The position numbers were made by a program, and so were the translations under genes. Of a stretch of 64,000 bases of DNA, positions 43,377 through 55,740 are shown piece by piece (the stretch's first letter is position 1; every line of letters starts with the position of its first letter). The notes under the pieces were generated by a model that did not search any database, was not told where the DNA came from, and saw only the letters and a list, made by a program, of their open reading frames with translations. The stretch spans positions 53,878,001 through 53,942,000 of the forward strand of contig OX597818.1 of NCBI GenBank assembly GCA_951406725.2, read 5' to 3'. The stretch comes from Octopus vulgaris (Eukaryota).

Positions 43377-43410
<34 letters not shown>

Positions 43411-43803
43411 CATGTACATTTGTGTGTGTGTGTGAGAGCAGGAGCATGCGTGTGAGGATTTTTTTGTGTATTTGTGTATGTATTATGTGTGTGTGTGTGT
43501 AAATGATCCTGAAGTCAAGAGACAATCATCGACAACATTATCGTTGCCGTTGTCGTCATCATCATCATCATCATCATCATCATGTCAACTAACTGCAAAA
43601 CATATTCAACAGCCAACCGGAACGAACCCCACCAAACAACACCAAAAGAACGTATCTCCAAGAGAGAGAGAGAGAGAAAAAGTGAGTGAATGAGTGAGTG
43701 AGTTAGTGAGTGAGTGAGTGAGTGAGTGAGTGAGTGAGTGAGTGAGTGAGTGAGTGAGAAAGAAAGAAAAAAAAGAAAGAAAAAAGGAAGAAAGAAAAGC
43801 ATA

Positions 43804-43851
<48 letters not shown>

Positions 43852-43913
43852 AAATGAATGAAAGAAAGAAAGAAAGAAAGAAAAGAGATAAAGAAAGAAA
43901 AAGAAAAAAAAAA

Positions 43914-43992
<79 letters not shown>

Positions 43993-44361
43993 GAAGAAAG
44001 AAAGAAAGAAAGAAAAAGAGAAGAAATTTGAGTTAGAATTAATAAACTAAGACATATTTCTGCAGGCTGGGGAAATGGCAAGATTTAGCTGAAGAGAATG
44101 GTTAATGTAAGGAGACGACGGCGATGATGAGGATGGTGGTGGTGGTGATGGTGGTGGTGGTGTTGAGTGAGTGACTGTGTGGACAGGGGACAGGAGGTGG
44201 GGTGGGGAAATGAAAGCAGCGTAGACCACCAAAGATGTCTGGATTGTCCACAGTTTTGGCCTGAGGTCCGAAAGATATGAGTTTGGGAAGGCGACTGTTT
44301 TTAATGAAGTGAAATATTAAAATTTATTTATTAGCTGTATTCTGGCAACAATTCATTACCA

Positions 44362-44766
44362 TGAGTGGCTGCGTGGTAAGTAGTTTGCTTGCCAACCACA
44401 TGGTTCCGGGTTCAGTCCCACTGCGTGGCACCTCGGGCAAAGTGTCTTCTACTATAGCCTCGGGCCGACCAAAGCCTTGTGAGTGGATTTGGTAGACGGA
44501 AACTGAAAGAAGCACGTCGTGTGTGTGTCTGTCTGTCTGTTTGTCTGTCTTTCTGTGTTTGCCCCACCACTACCACCACCACCACCATCGCTTGACAACC
44601 GATCCTGGTGTGTTTATGTCTCGGTAACTTAGCAGTTCAGCAGAAGAGACCGATAGAATAAGTACAAGGCTTACAAAGATTAAGTCCTGGGTCGATCTGT
44701 TCGACTAAAGGCAGTACTCCAGCATGGCCGCAGTCAAAGGACTGAAGCAAATATAAGAATAAAAGA
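44362..44766 (+). mobile_element. SINE family B
   Basis: Colinear with the family. Confidence 0.8.
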
Positions 44767-44969
44767 ATACATACATACATGCATACATACATACATACAT
44801 ATATACATACATACATACATATATACATATGTATACATACATACATGCATACAAACATACATACATACATGCATACATACATACATACACACATACATAC
44901 ATACATACATGCATACATACATACACACACACATACATACATACTTTTGCGTACGTACATTTATATTTA

Positions 44970-45170
44970 CATGATGGCATTGAGTCGATATCGATCAATT
45001 CCATGATTTGATGAGCATCACGGATGTGGCTCTTCAATGTGGCTGGAGACCTACCATCTTTTGCACAGATGCGGCACCGATGGGCCCCTCCTTCAGTAGG
45101 TGTTCAGAGAGTTTATCACCCACGATTAACACATGCCTTCATTCCGTTGTGGAAATTTTTAGATTGGGGG
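44970..45170 (-). mobile_element. Internally deleted RTE-like LINE fragment with a C-terminal C2H2-type finger
   Basis: FHNGMKACVN (RT-like) joined to HRCRICAKDGRSPATLKSHIRDAH...IDIDSMP, resembling RTE ORF ends. Confidence 0.55.
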
Positions 45171-45251
<81 letters not shown>

Positions 45252-45332
45252 CCTCTCTCGGCTATGATCAGCCATAGTATGCCATTCGTAATAGAAATGT
45301 TAAAAATCAAGCGATGTTGTTCCTGAAGCTAA

Positions 45333-45716
45333 TCTATATATATAAAAGTGAAGTTGTGTGAGTGTCTGTCTCCTGCGATTTAGATTCCTAACCACTCCCA
45401 CATTTTGCGGTGCAGTTTAACCAAATTCGGGTATCTTATAGTCGTGATTCATATCGAGCCCTTCTGGGTAATAGCGCGCATCTACGATGAGTCTACGATT
45501 TTAAAAATAATTTACCATAATTTTTTTTCCATTTTAATGCATTTTTTCGCTAAGGGAAGTAACTCTCTAAAAATGTCTACGATGAGTCAACGATTTAAAA
45601 AAAAATTTACCATCACTTTTTTTCCATTTTGAATGCATTTTTTTGCTATAACTCTCTAAAAATGCTTATATAGTTATTTCCCTTATAAACCCGAGCAACG
45701 CCGGGCGATATGCTAG
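45333..45716 (+). mobile_element. Non-autonomous Helitron
   Basis: A|TC 5' end, subterminal GC hairpin CCCGAGCAACGCCGGG, CTAG|T 3' end, no TSD. Confidence 0.8.
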
Positions 45717-46075
45717 TTAAAAATAAAGAAAGTCCTTGCTCAGGGCCAATCCTACACTCTCAACCACGTATGCATCTGTCCAAAATGTACATCATTGGTT
45801 ACAAATGAAGTTATAAGTATTACGTCGGAGTTTTCCTTCACCTAGAGAGATGTCTAAACAAAGACCTCTACTAGAGAGATGTCTCTAAATCCAAGGTGTT
45901 GGATGGCCTTTGACACTAAAGAATTCATCCCTCCTTTGACAGGCTTTGTTTTTCGCCCTGCAGGATGCCCAACGAAAACCACCTTCCTTACCTACCAGGT
46001 CGGATTAGTAGGGTTGCTGGTTTAGACACCGACGGCCCGGCTGTTCGATAAGTTGTACTAGGTTACATATATACA

Positions 46076-46794
46076 TTCTTCTTCTTCTTCTTCTTCTTCT
46101 TCTTCTTCTTCTTCTTCTTCTTCGTCTTCTTCTTCGTCTTCTTCTTCCTCTCCTCTTCTTTTTCTTCTTCTTCCTCTTCTTTTTCTTCTTCTTCTTCCTC
46201 TTCTTTTTCTTCTTCTTCTTCCTCTTCTTCTTCTTGCCTCTTCTTCTTCTTCCTCTTCTTCTTCTTCATCCTCTTCTCCTTCTTTTTCTCCTTCTTCCTC
46301 TTCCTCTTCTTCTTCCTCTTCCTCTTCTTCTTCCCCTTCCTCTTCTTCTTCTTCCTCTTCTTCTTCCTCTTCTTCTTCCCCTTCCTCTTCTTCTTCTTCT
46401 TCTTCTTCTTCTTCTTCCTTCTTCTTCCCATTCTTCTTCTTCTTCTTCATTCTTCTTCTTCTTCTTCTTCTTCTTCTCTTCTTCCTCTTCTTCCTCTCCT
46501 TCCTCTTCTTCTTCTTCCTCTTCTTCTTCTTCCTCTTCTTCTTCTTCATCCTCTTCTCCTTCTTTCTTCTCCTTCTTCCTCTTCCTCTTCCTCTTCTTCT
46601 TCTTCTTCCTCTTCTTCTTCCCCTTCCTCTTCTTCTTCCTCTTCTTCTTCCTCTTCTTCTTCCCCTTCCTCTTCTTCTTCCCCTTCCTCTTCTTCTTCTT
46701 CTTCTTCCTCTCCTTCTTCTTCCCATTCTTCTTCTTCGCATTCTTCTTCTTCCACTTCTTCTTCTTCTCCTTCCTCTTCTTCCTCTCTCCTTCC

Positions 46795-46830
<36 letters not shown>

Positions 46831-46887
46831 TCTTTTTCTTCTTCTTCCTCTTCTTTTTCTTCTTCTTCTTCCTCTTCTTTTTCTTCT

Positions 46888-46927
<40 letters not shown>

Positions 46928-47242
46928 TTTCTTCTTCTTCCTCTTCTTTTTCTTCTTCTTCTTCCTCTTCTTTTTCTTCTTCTTCTTCCTCTTCTTTTTC
47001 TTCTTCTTCTTCCTCTTCTTCTTCTTGCCTCTTCTTCTTCTTCCTCTTCTTCCTCTTCATCCTCTTCTCCTTCTTTTTCTCCTTCTTCCTCTTCCTCTTC
47101 TTCCTCTTCTTCTTCCCCTTCCTCTTCTTCTTCTTCCTCTTCTTCTTCCTCTTCCTCTTCTTCTTCCCCTTCCTCTTCTTCTTCTTTCTCTTCTTCTTCT
47201 TCTCCTTCCCATTCTTCTTCTTCGCATTCTTCTTCTTCTTCT

Positions 47243-47277
<35 letters not shown>

Positions 47278-47371
47278 TTCTTCTTCTCCTTCTTCTTCCC
47301 ATTCTTCTTCTTCGCATTCTTCTTCTTCTTCCCATTCTTCTTCTTCCAACTCTTCTTCTTCTTCTTCTTCT

Positions 47372-47406
<35 letters not shown>

Positions 47407-47479
47407 TTCTTCCTCTCCTTCTTCTTCCCATTCTTCTTCTTCGCATTCTTCTTCTTCTTCCCATTCTTCTTCTTCCAAC

Positions 47480-47511
<32 letters not shown>

Positions 47512-47524
47512 TACTTCCTCTTCT
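46076..47524. repeat. (CTT)n/(GAA)n-based polypyrimidine tract with higher-order units
   Basis: Direct inspection. Confidence 0.95.
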
Positions 47525-48279
47525 GTGACTGTACACAGCAATTGATTTAATCTCAATCAACTAAATGCACATAAAAATGCCACATGAGAGGACACCAGGA
47601 CACTTATCCAACAGATACACGTGTCGGAATGGAATTTGAATAAAATACTTCAATAAATAAATTTTGAAGATGTATAAGTTCTCCATTGTTGTGCGCGCGT
47701 GTGTGTGTGTGTATTCTTTTTTCTTTTACTTGTTTCAGTCATTTGATCGCGGCCAAGCTGGAGCACCGCCTTGAAGCGTTTTAGTCGAAGAAGTCGACCG
47801 CAGGACTTAGTTTTTTTTATAAAGCTTAATACTTATTCTATCGGTCTCTTTTGCCGAACCGCTAAGTAACGGCGACGTAAACACACCAACACCGGTTGTC
47901 AAGTGGTGACGGGGGAACAAGCGCAGACGCAAAGATACACACTCACATATATACAAAGAGCTTCTTTCAGTTTCCGTCTGCCAAATCCACTCACAAGGTT
48001 TTGGTCGACCCGAGGCCATTGTAGAAGACACTTGCCCAAGCTGCCACGCAGTGGAACTGAACCCGGAACCATGTGGCTGGAAAGCCAGCTTCTATACAGT
48101 TTCACTAGCAAGTTATTGGACTTAGAGTAGAAGGCTCTTACCTTAGGGGTCATGAACCGGAAACCTTGGGGTGTAAAACAAGCTTCTTAACTACCCAACC
48201 ATAATCTTTGCCTATCTCTCTGTAAACAATAAAAAGTACAGGGCACTTCGTCCACTCTACAGGCCCCTTGATTTTATAC

Positions 48280-49440
48280 CCGCACTTATTCCTGTCATGA
48301 CTTGAACGCGGAAAGAAGTCACAAAAATTAAAGCAACAAGATTTAATATTTGGTGCCGCGAGACGTTCTCCGACCTTCTCCAACCTTACCGCATCGGCCG
48401 CAAACCTGGGTATCGCCACCCGTAACGCAGAGGAGAGGAAGATTAACAAATACAAGAGAGAGTCTGGCCGGCTGCTATCAGTTTCTGTTGGTCGCGGTCG
48501 AGATCTCAGGTGTTCTCGAACCCCGCACTGCTGGTTGTATCTTTTCACTTTGACCGGCAGATTTTTAAAATAATTTCTTTGTAACAAAACACTTTTAAAC
48601 TTCGTATACTGGTAGAATGTGTTTATAAAACATCTTTTTCTTTTGGCTTTCTTGAGAAAATTCTGTAGTTTGTAAGATATTTCTTGTTTAATTTCTTGTA
48701 TTTCAGCAATTACAACCAATCAATGACGTCTATTGAGGTGAATAAATTACTGCTGTTGTTTGCCAACAAATTCAACAAAAACTTCCGGTGGTACGTGTAT
48801 TTGTTTACATTTGAAGAAGATTCGAGATAGATACAAGGGTCATAATTGTGGGTGGACACTAAATGAGGGAACGGTTTTGTTATCCAGCTCTGTTTACGAG
48901 TGACCCCTCAGTTTATAGCCACAAAATGTTTATATTTGCAGCTTATTTACATTACTGAAGAAAAAAGATACCCTTCCCCCCACCCCTAACCCTAAACCCA
49001 CACATATAAAAAACAAATTTTACGGAAAGTGGCGATCTTCTTCAAATGTAAACAAATACACGTACCGCCGGAAGCTTTTGTTGAACTTGTAGGCAAACAA
49101 CAGCAGCAATTGTATTCACCTCAATAGACGTCATTGATTGGTTGAAATTGCCGAAACACAAGAAATTAAACAAGAAATATCTTACAAACTACAGAATTTT
49201 CTCAAGAAAGCCAAGAGAAAAAGATGCTTTATAAACACATTCTACCAGTATACGAAGTTTAAAAGTGTTTAGTTACAAGGAAATTATTTTAAAAATCTGC
49301 CGGTCAAAGTGAAAAGATTCTGCTGATTTCCTTCGCAAAATCATGATAACTGCGGCCCGTTTGAGAAACAAACCCCAAGATGTAGGATGGCTACGACAGC
49401 GAGTTGTTGCTGGCGATTCTCCGCGGAAATACTTTTGCAA
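48280..49440 (+). mobile_element. Decayed CRE/NeSL-like LINE restriction-like endonuclease fragment, split by a MITE
   Basis: TFSNLTASAANLGIATRNAEERKINKY/..GCYQFLLVAVEISGVL..RTA[MITE]DFLRKI...WLRQR/LAILRGN. Confidence 0.65.
48537..49320. mobile_element. MITE with ~285-bp TIRs and an 8-bp TSD
   Basis: 48537-48821 is inverted relative to 49035-49320. Flanks are TGCTGGTT and TGCTGATT. Confidence 0.9.
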
Positions 49441-49747
49441 TGGAGGCGCAATGGCCCAGTGGTTAGGGCAGTGGACTCGTGGTCGGAGGATCGCAGTTTC
49501 GATTTCCAGACTGGGTGTTTTGTGTGTTTATTGCGCGAAAACACCTAAAACGTTCCACGAGGCTCCGGCAGGGAATGGTGGTGACCCCTGTTGTACCCTT
49601 TCGCCACAACTTTCTCTCACTCTCTCTCTTCCTATTTCTTGAGTAACGCTGCAATGGACTGGCGTCCCGTCCAGCTGGGGAACACATACGCCACAGAAAC
49701 CGGGTCCATGAGCCTGGCTAGGCTTAAAAAGGGCAACAAAAAAAAAA
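49441..49747 (+). mobile_element. SINE family D (tRNA head, poly-A tail)
   Basis: A-box TGGCCCAGTGG, B-box-like GTTTCGATTTCC, GATGGACTGGCGTCCCGTCCAG-like domain, TSD ACTTTTGCAAT. Confidence 0.8.
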
Positions 49748-49989
49748 ACTTTTGCAATCATGTCCACGAGGCGCGGATAAACACGCCATTTGGTCTGGAA
49801 TATACAGCCCGTTACCACCATCCCACCTTCTACTGCTTAATTTCTCCACACACACACACCTTTTCTTCTTTTTTTTGTCTCCTTGGTGACAGTTATGGGG
49901 TTTATTTTTTCTCGATAATTTGATCTTTTATACTCTTAATGATTTTTTTTCTTTCTTTTCTTCCTGGAAAAATTTTTTTTTATTTTTTT

Positions 49990-50900
49990 ATTTTATTTGT
50001 TTCAGTCATTTGCCTGCGGCCATACTGGCGCACCGCCTTTAGTCGAGCAAATCGATCCCAGGACTTATTCTTTGTAAGACTAGTACTTATTCTATCGGTT
50101 TCTTTTGCCGAACCGCTAGTTGACGAAGACGTAAACACACCAGCCACCAGCATCGGTTGTCAAGCAATGTTGGGGTGGGGAGGACAAACACAGACATACA
50201 AACATACACACACACACACACACACACATACACACATATATACATATATATACGATGGGCTTCTTTCAGTTTCCGTCTGCCAAATCCACTCACAAGGCTT
50301 TGGTCGGCCCGAGGCTATAGTAGAAGACACTTGCCCAAGGTGCCACGCAGTGGGACTGAACCCAGAACCATGTGATTGGTAAACAAGCTACTTACCACAC
50401 AGCCACTCCTGTTAATAAAACATCAAGGCTATTTTTGAAAATGAACTCCGACCCGAGTGGGGAGGAAAATCTAAGTTTCATATGTTAGAGTAATCTCCCC
50501 TGGTGTCTAAATCGTTGCTTTTGATATGATTTTATTTTCGGTGGTGGGATCCAAACTCAAAGCTCCTAGAAGATTATTTTGTGCCTTATATATATGTTCA
50601 AGATCAGGTTTGAGCAAGCCTTGCACTACCGTCAAGTGACAATTTCTCTGCTGCTGTAGGCTTCCCGGTAACACCAAACACCTTTACTCGTTTACTCTTT
50701 TACTTGTTTCAGTCATCTGACTGTGGCCATGCTGGAGTGAAGCACCACCTTTAGTTGGATAAAATCGCCCCCAGGACTTATTCTTTGTAAGCCTAGTACT
50801 TATTCTATCGGTCTCTTTTTGCCGAACCGCTAAGTGACGGGGATGTAGACACCAGCATCTGTTGTCAAGTAATGTTGGGGGGACAAACACAAACACATAA

Positions 50901-50937
<37 letters not shown>

Positions 50938-51098
50938 CAACGGGCTTCTTTCAGTTTCCGTCTACCAAATTCACTTACAAGGCTTTGGTCGGCCCGAGGC
51001 TATCGTAGACACTTCCCCAAGGTGTCACGCAGTGGGAATGAACCCGGAAGCATGTGGTTGGTAAGCAACCTACTTACCATACAGCCACTCCTGCGCCT
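49990..51098 (-). mobile_element. Two SINE family B copies (49990-50411, 50683-51098). Others at 47715, 52404, 56322 (-) and 62430 (+).
   Basis: Reverse complement of the family. Confidence 0.8.
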
Positions 51099-51355
51099 AT
51101 ATTTTTTACTCACCTACAACTAAGTCAACAATAATTCTTATTCTATCTTCTTCACTCTTTGATAAAGGAGACGATCTCTAGATGCAAAATTGTTCCTTCA
51201 CCACACAAATGAAACCAAATGAAAATGTTGTCTATGAACTCTTACCAACACAAACCATTAATTAATAGTTTCACTGCATTCGAGATTTTATGCTGTCTAT
51301 AGGTAAACGATTGGTGGAATCAAGCTGGTGGAATCATTACAGCATCAGAAGAAAT

Positions 51356-51952
51356 CATCATCATCATCATCATTGTTTAACGTCCGCTTTCCATGCCAGT
51401 ATGGGTTGGACGATTTAACTGAGGACTGGCGAACCAGATGGCTGCACCAGGCTCCAGTCTGATCTGGCAGAGTTTCTACAGCTGGATGCCCTTCCCAACG
51501 CCAACCACTCCAAGAGTGTAGTGGGTGCTTTTACATGCCACCGACAAGGGACCAGTCAGGCGGTACTGGCAACGGCCACGCTCAAATGGTGTTTTTTACA
51601 TGCCACCTACACAGGAGCCAGTTCAGTGGCACTGGCAACAACCTCACTTGAATGTTTTGTTCACGTGCCACTGGCACAAGTGCCAATAAGGCGATGCTGG
51701 TAACGATCACGCTTGAATGGTGCTTTTTACGTGCCACCTGCACAGGAGCCAGTTCAGCGGCACTGGCAACAACCTCACTTGAATGTTTTGTTCACGTGCC
51801 ACCGGCACAAGTGCCAGTAAGGCGACACTGGTAACGATCACGCTCGAATGGTGCCCTTTTATGTGCCACCAGCACGGAAGCCAATCAGCTGCTCTGGCAA
51901 CGATCACACCCGGATGGTGCTCTTAGCGCCCCACTAGCACAGATGCCAGTCA
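51356..51952 (-). mobile_element. SINE-like family C with a (GAT)n tail and internal tandem subrepeats
   Basis: (CAT)n-GTTTAACGTCCGCTTTCCATGC...CAGCTGGATGCCCTTCC. Further copies at 57043, 59084, 63018, 63196 and 63641. Confidence 0.75.
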
Positions 51953-52635
51953 TCAAATTTAATTTCAATTTCAATTGTGGTATTTCTTCCAACTCTTAAC
52001 GTTCTGAGTTCAAATTCTAGCAAAGTCGACTATACCTTCCATCTTTTCAAGGTGGATAAAATAAGTACCAGTTATGCACTGGGATCGATGTAATCAACTT
52101 CCTCTCCCCCTCAAAATCGTTAGCCTTATGGCAAAATTAGAAAGAACTATATTTAGATTTGAATTGGCAAACTGACAGGATTATTAGTACATTGGAAGAA
52201 ATACATTGCAGAATTTCTCCCCATTTTGCATTCTGAGTTAAAGTCCATCAAGATCAACCCTTCATCCATTTCGAGGTCAATAAAATAAATACCAGCTGAA
52301 CACCAGGGTTGATGTAATCAACTAGCTTCCATACCCTACCTAAAATTGCTGGCCTTGCATCAAAATTTGAAACCATTATATTTAAATATATCTGTATAGG
52401 TTTTACTCTTCTTTTTACTCTTTTTACTTGTTTCAGCCATTTGACTGTGCCCATGCTGGAGCACCGCCTTTAGTCGACCAAATCGATCCCAGGACTTATT
52501 CTTTGTAAGCCTAGTACTTATTCTATAGGTCTCTCTTGCTGAACTGCTAAGTAACAGGGATGTAAACTCACCACCATCGGTTGTCAAGTGATGTTGGGGG
52601 GGGGGACAAACACAAACACATAAACACACACACAC

Positions 52636-52682
<47 letters not shown>

Positions 52683-52914
52683 CATATATACGACGGGCTT
52701 CTTTCAGTTTCCATCTACCAAATCCACTCACAAGGCTTTGGTCGGCCCAAGGCTATAGTAGAAGACACTCGCCCAAGGTGCCACACAGTGGAATTGAACC
52801 CAGAACTGTGTGGTTGGTAAGCAAGCTACTTACCACACAGCCACTCCTGAAAAAAGAAAATGAAAAAAGAAAAAGCTCTCAGGATTTTAACTTGGGCAGA
52901 ATTTTTTTTTTTTT

Positions 52915-53058
52915 TCAAAGAGTTTCCAGATATGGTAGTCTGACAGATAAGACAGCTTTGTCTTTGTGAAACTGAGCATCTGCTCTCGAGTCATCAACAT
53001 GAGCATCAAGTGGTAAAAAAAGGTCATATTTCCCCATAACTGTAACCATCAGCACATC
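52915..53058 (-). CDS. PIH1D2: PIH1 domain-containing protein 2-like, last coding exon
   Basis: Acceptor TTTCAG|, then DVLMVTVMGKYDLFLPLDAHVDDSRADAQFHKDKAVLSVRLPYLETL*, matching the PIH1 C-terminal CS-like domain. Phase 0 matches the previous exon. Confidence 0.8.
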   Translation of the reverse strand, partial: DVLMVTVMGKYDLFLPLDAHVDDSRADAQFHKDKAVLSVRLPYLETL

Positions 53059-53623
53059 CTGAAATTTAAAAAGAAATTAAAATTACAAGGCTGGTTATTA
53101 ACCATGGGTTAAATTACTATTTTTTTCTGAGCATCTGGTATTCTAAGAGGATTATGCAGTCAACTATGTAACACTTGGTGCACTGCATCTACATAATAGT
53201 ATGTGCTACAGAACTACTGAAACACATGTAAAGATTATATAATTCATGACATTCTAATAAAGTGCTTATCCGACTCTTCTGCTTTATCCTTATACATCTA
53301 TCTATCTATCTATCAGTCTATAAACAATACTATAAATTAAAACCGACTCCAAAAAAACAGTGACAAGCTAGATCTCTAACAAGTCTTTCTTCCTGTTACC
53401 TTAGTAGCTTCTAAGCTGAAGTAAAGACAACATGTTCTTTGTTTATCTCCTTACCTTCTTGGAGGTTTTAGGTAAAATTATACTAATGTGTCCATCTGTT
53501 TTTAATTTAATTTAATTCAATGTATTTATGCAGCTGAGGACTGCTCTGCATTTAAATTGATGTAATTTGTGTGTCTGTTTGTGTGTCTGCTTATTTTGAT
53601 ATGTGTATGTCTGTGTGTGTGTG

Positions 53624-53685
<62 letters not shown>

Positions 53686-54161
53686 ATGGAGTCACTTGAA
53701 ATGATCATACTGCATTACCTCTGGATATCCTGTTGTTTATTTTGATATCAATCTATATATACATACATGATGGCTGTCCCCTCGTTATCGAGTATGGCCA
53801 TTGCACGAAGCTTAACTGTTATTGCTGCTGTGATCGAATGTGACTTTTATTTGCTTTTTAAGGCTACAGCCAGCTATTCAGTTGAGACTCACAGCACCAT
53901 CAACAATCATGAACAATGTTGTTATCGTGCAATGCCTGTGCAAGAAGATTTTTTTTAAAGTGAGGAAAGGTTGTGCACTGAGTCAATCCCACTCACTAAG
54001 CAACAGCAGTCATAATCCGAAAAGAAGAACAAGTCAACATCATTGGTAACCACTGAGCCGCAGGTTTTATGTCGGAGTTATCCCAGTTATCTGAGTTACC
54101 TTCTCCTAGAAGGATGCCCTAACAAAGGCTAGGAGTCCTTCACTCCACTTTTTCTACATAT

Positions 54162-54497
54162 TTCGTTTTTGGATTTGGTTTGCAAGATTCTTTATATGAG
54201 TTCGTGTGTTGAAGCATATTCTGTTGTGTCTGGGAAGAGTCATTTTCGTTTCGTGCCTTATAATGTAACACACTCACCGGTAAAATTTCCACTTATTTCT
54301 TATTTTTATTTTCCTAAAATTTTCGTTGCGTCTTGCAACCTTGTCTTGACTCTTGAGAGTCAAGACTATCGAAAAGGTTGCAAGATGCAACGAAAATTTT
54401 AGGAAAATAAAAATAAGAAATAAGTGGAAATTTTACCAGTGAGTGTGTTACATTATAAGGCACAAAAAGAAAATGACTCTCCCCAGACACAACAGAA
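54162..54497. mobile_element. Fold-back element (125-bp arms plus inner hairpin) with a possible ~12-bp TSD
   Basis: 54218-54342 is inverted relative to 54374-54498. TTTTCTACATAT flanks both sides. Confidence 0.8.
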
Positions 54498-55149
54498 TTT
54501 TCTACATATATTTTCTACTATTTCAGATTATATTATATAAACCTTAATAGCTTCTTATTCACAAAAATTTTTCTCCTGCTCTTCATTCTGCTGGCAAAAA
54601 TAAGTCGTACCAGTAACTTTAAGGGCCAAGCCTTGTCACATTCTGTGTCATGTTGAGTCTCCTTGAGAACCATGTTTAAGGTACGCATGTCTGTGGAGTG
54701 GTCAGCTACTTGCACGCGAATATATTTCATAAGCAGGCTGTTCTGTTGATCGGATCAAATGAAACAACCGGTCATCGTAATGGACGGAATGCTAGGTTCA
54801 CAGGAAGAACGTATGTCCTCTTGACACAATGGCAAAGACTTATAAATAAATTTTTTAAATCTTGCATATCAGTCCATAACGTATATAGTGTATATTTGTA
54901 TGACTGTGTACACTTACGTGCGTATGTGTGTGTGTGTTTAGCGCGCGTCGTGCTCTGTTAAACAATTGGACACATTATATAAATGATTTTCAATGCAAAA
55001 ATCGAACAAAACAAGATCAAGTGTAGAAGGTTCAAGTTCTGCGGTAAAGGGAAATAATCTATTTTTCTAACTGTATAGCTAAATTGTCTCCCTTGCATTG
55101 ATTGTATATCAGAACGGAATCCGTAATTTCAGCTGAAAGATATTTATTT

Positions 55150-55181
<32 letters not shown>

Positions 55182-55650
55182 TTTTAACAGAGCAAAGCCG
55201 ATTCTAACCTTTGATCATAGGTTCTTGTCTGATCAGGATTTTTCTGGGTTTAAACAACAACAGAGAAGACTCATTTTTCCTTCTAAATCTGTATGTATAT
55301 ATTTCAGCCTAATTTTTGCAAACGTATTAAAAATTTCATACATTTTGTATTCGTATTTCTAAATCTATCTGTAACACAATTGCTGGAAAAAGAAGAATAG
55401 GGGGAGGAGAAGGAGGAGGAGAAGGAGGAGGAGGAGGAGGAGGAAGGAGGAGAAGGAGGAGGAGGAGGAGGAGGAGGAGGAGGAGGAGGGGGAGGAAAAG
55501 GAAGACGAAGTAAAAAGGAAGAGGAAGAAAAAGGAAGAGGAAGGAAAAGGAAGAAAAAGGAAGAGGAAGAAGAAGAAGAAAGAAGAAGAAGAAGAAGAAG
55601 AAGAAGAAGAAGAAGAAGAAGAAGAAGAGGAAAGAAGAAGAAAGAAGAAG

Positions 55651-55740
55651 ATCATCATCATCATCAATGTTTGACCATGGTCGAGACAATGGAATTTACT
55701 ATGTTACGCCAGACTTCACGGTCCATCATGGCATTACGGA
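55651..55740 (-). mobile_element. ~90-bp 3' tip of the RTE-like LINE seen at 2985-3630, inside a GAA tract
   Basis: Reverse complement matches ~3543-3630, including the (GAT)n tail. Confidence 0.85.

Noticed and set aside
45005-45090. C2H2 zinc finger as a host ZNF gene exon
   Set aside because: A single finger without linkers or splice context. It matches an RTE ORF C-terminus.
46058-47560. Poly-Glu/Arg/Ser ORFs up to 438 aa
   Set aside because: GAA/CTT repeat lacking stops, with no complex coding sequence.
48350-48365. TGGTGCCGCG as an LTR primer-binding site
   Set aside because: No LTR ending in CA. It lies within the CRE-like endonuclease remnant.
49441-49515. tRNA-like sequence
   Set aside because: SINE head with tail and TSD, and no intact cloverleaf.
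51540-51950. CRISPR-like repeat/spacer pattern in family C
   Set aside because: Degenerate tandem subrepeats of a eukaryotic interspersed element, with no unique spacers or cas genes.
52902-52915. A-run right after the PIH1D2-like stop, as a retrocopy signature
   Set aside because: The gene retains introns with canonical splice sites, so this is a genomic A-tract.
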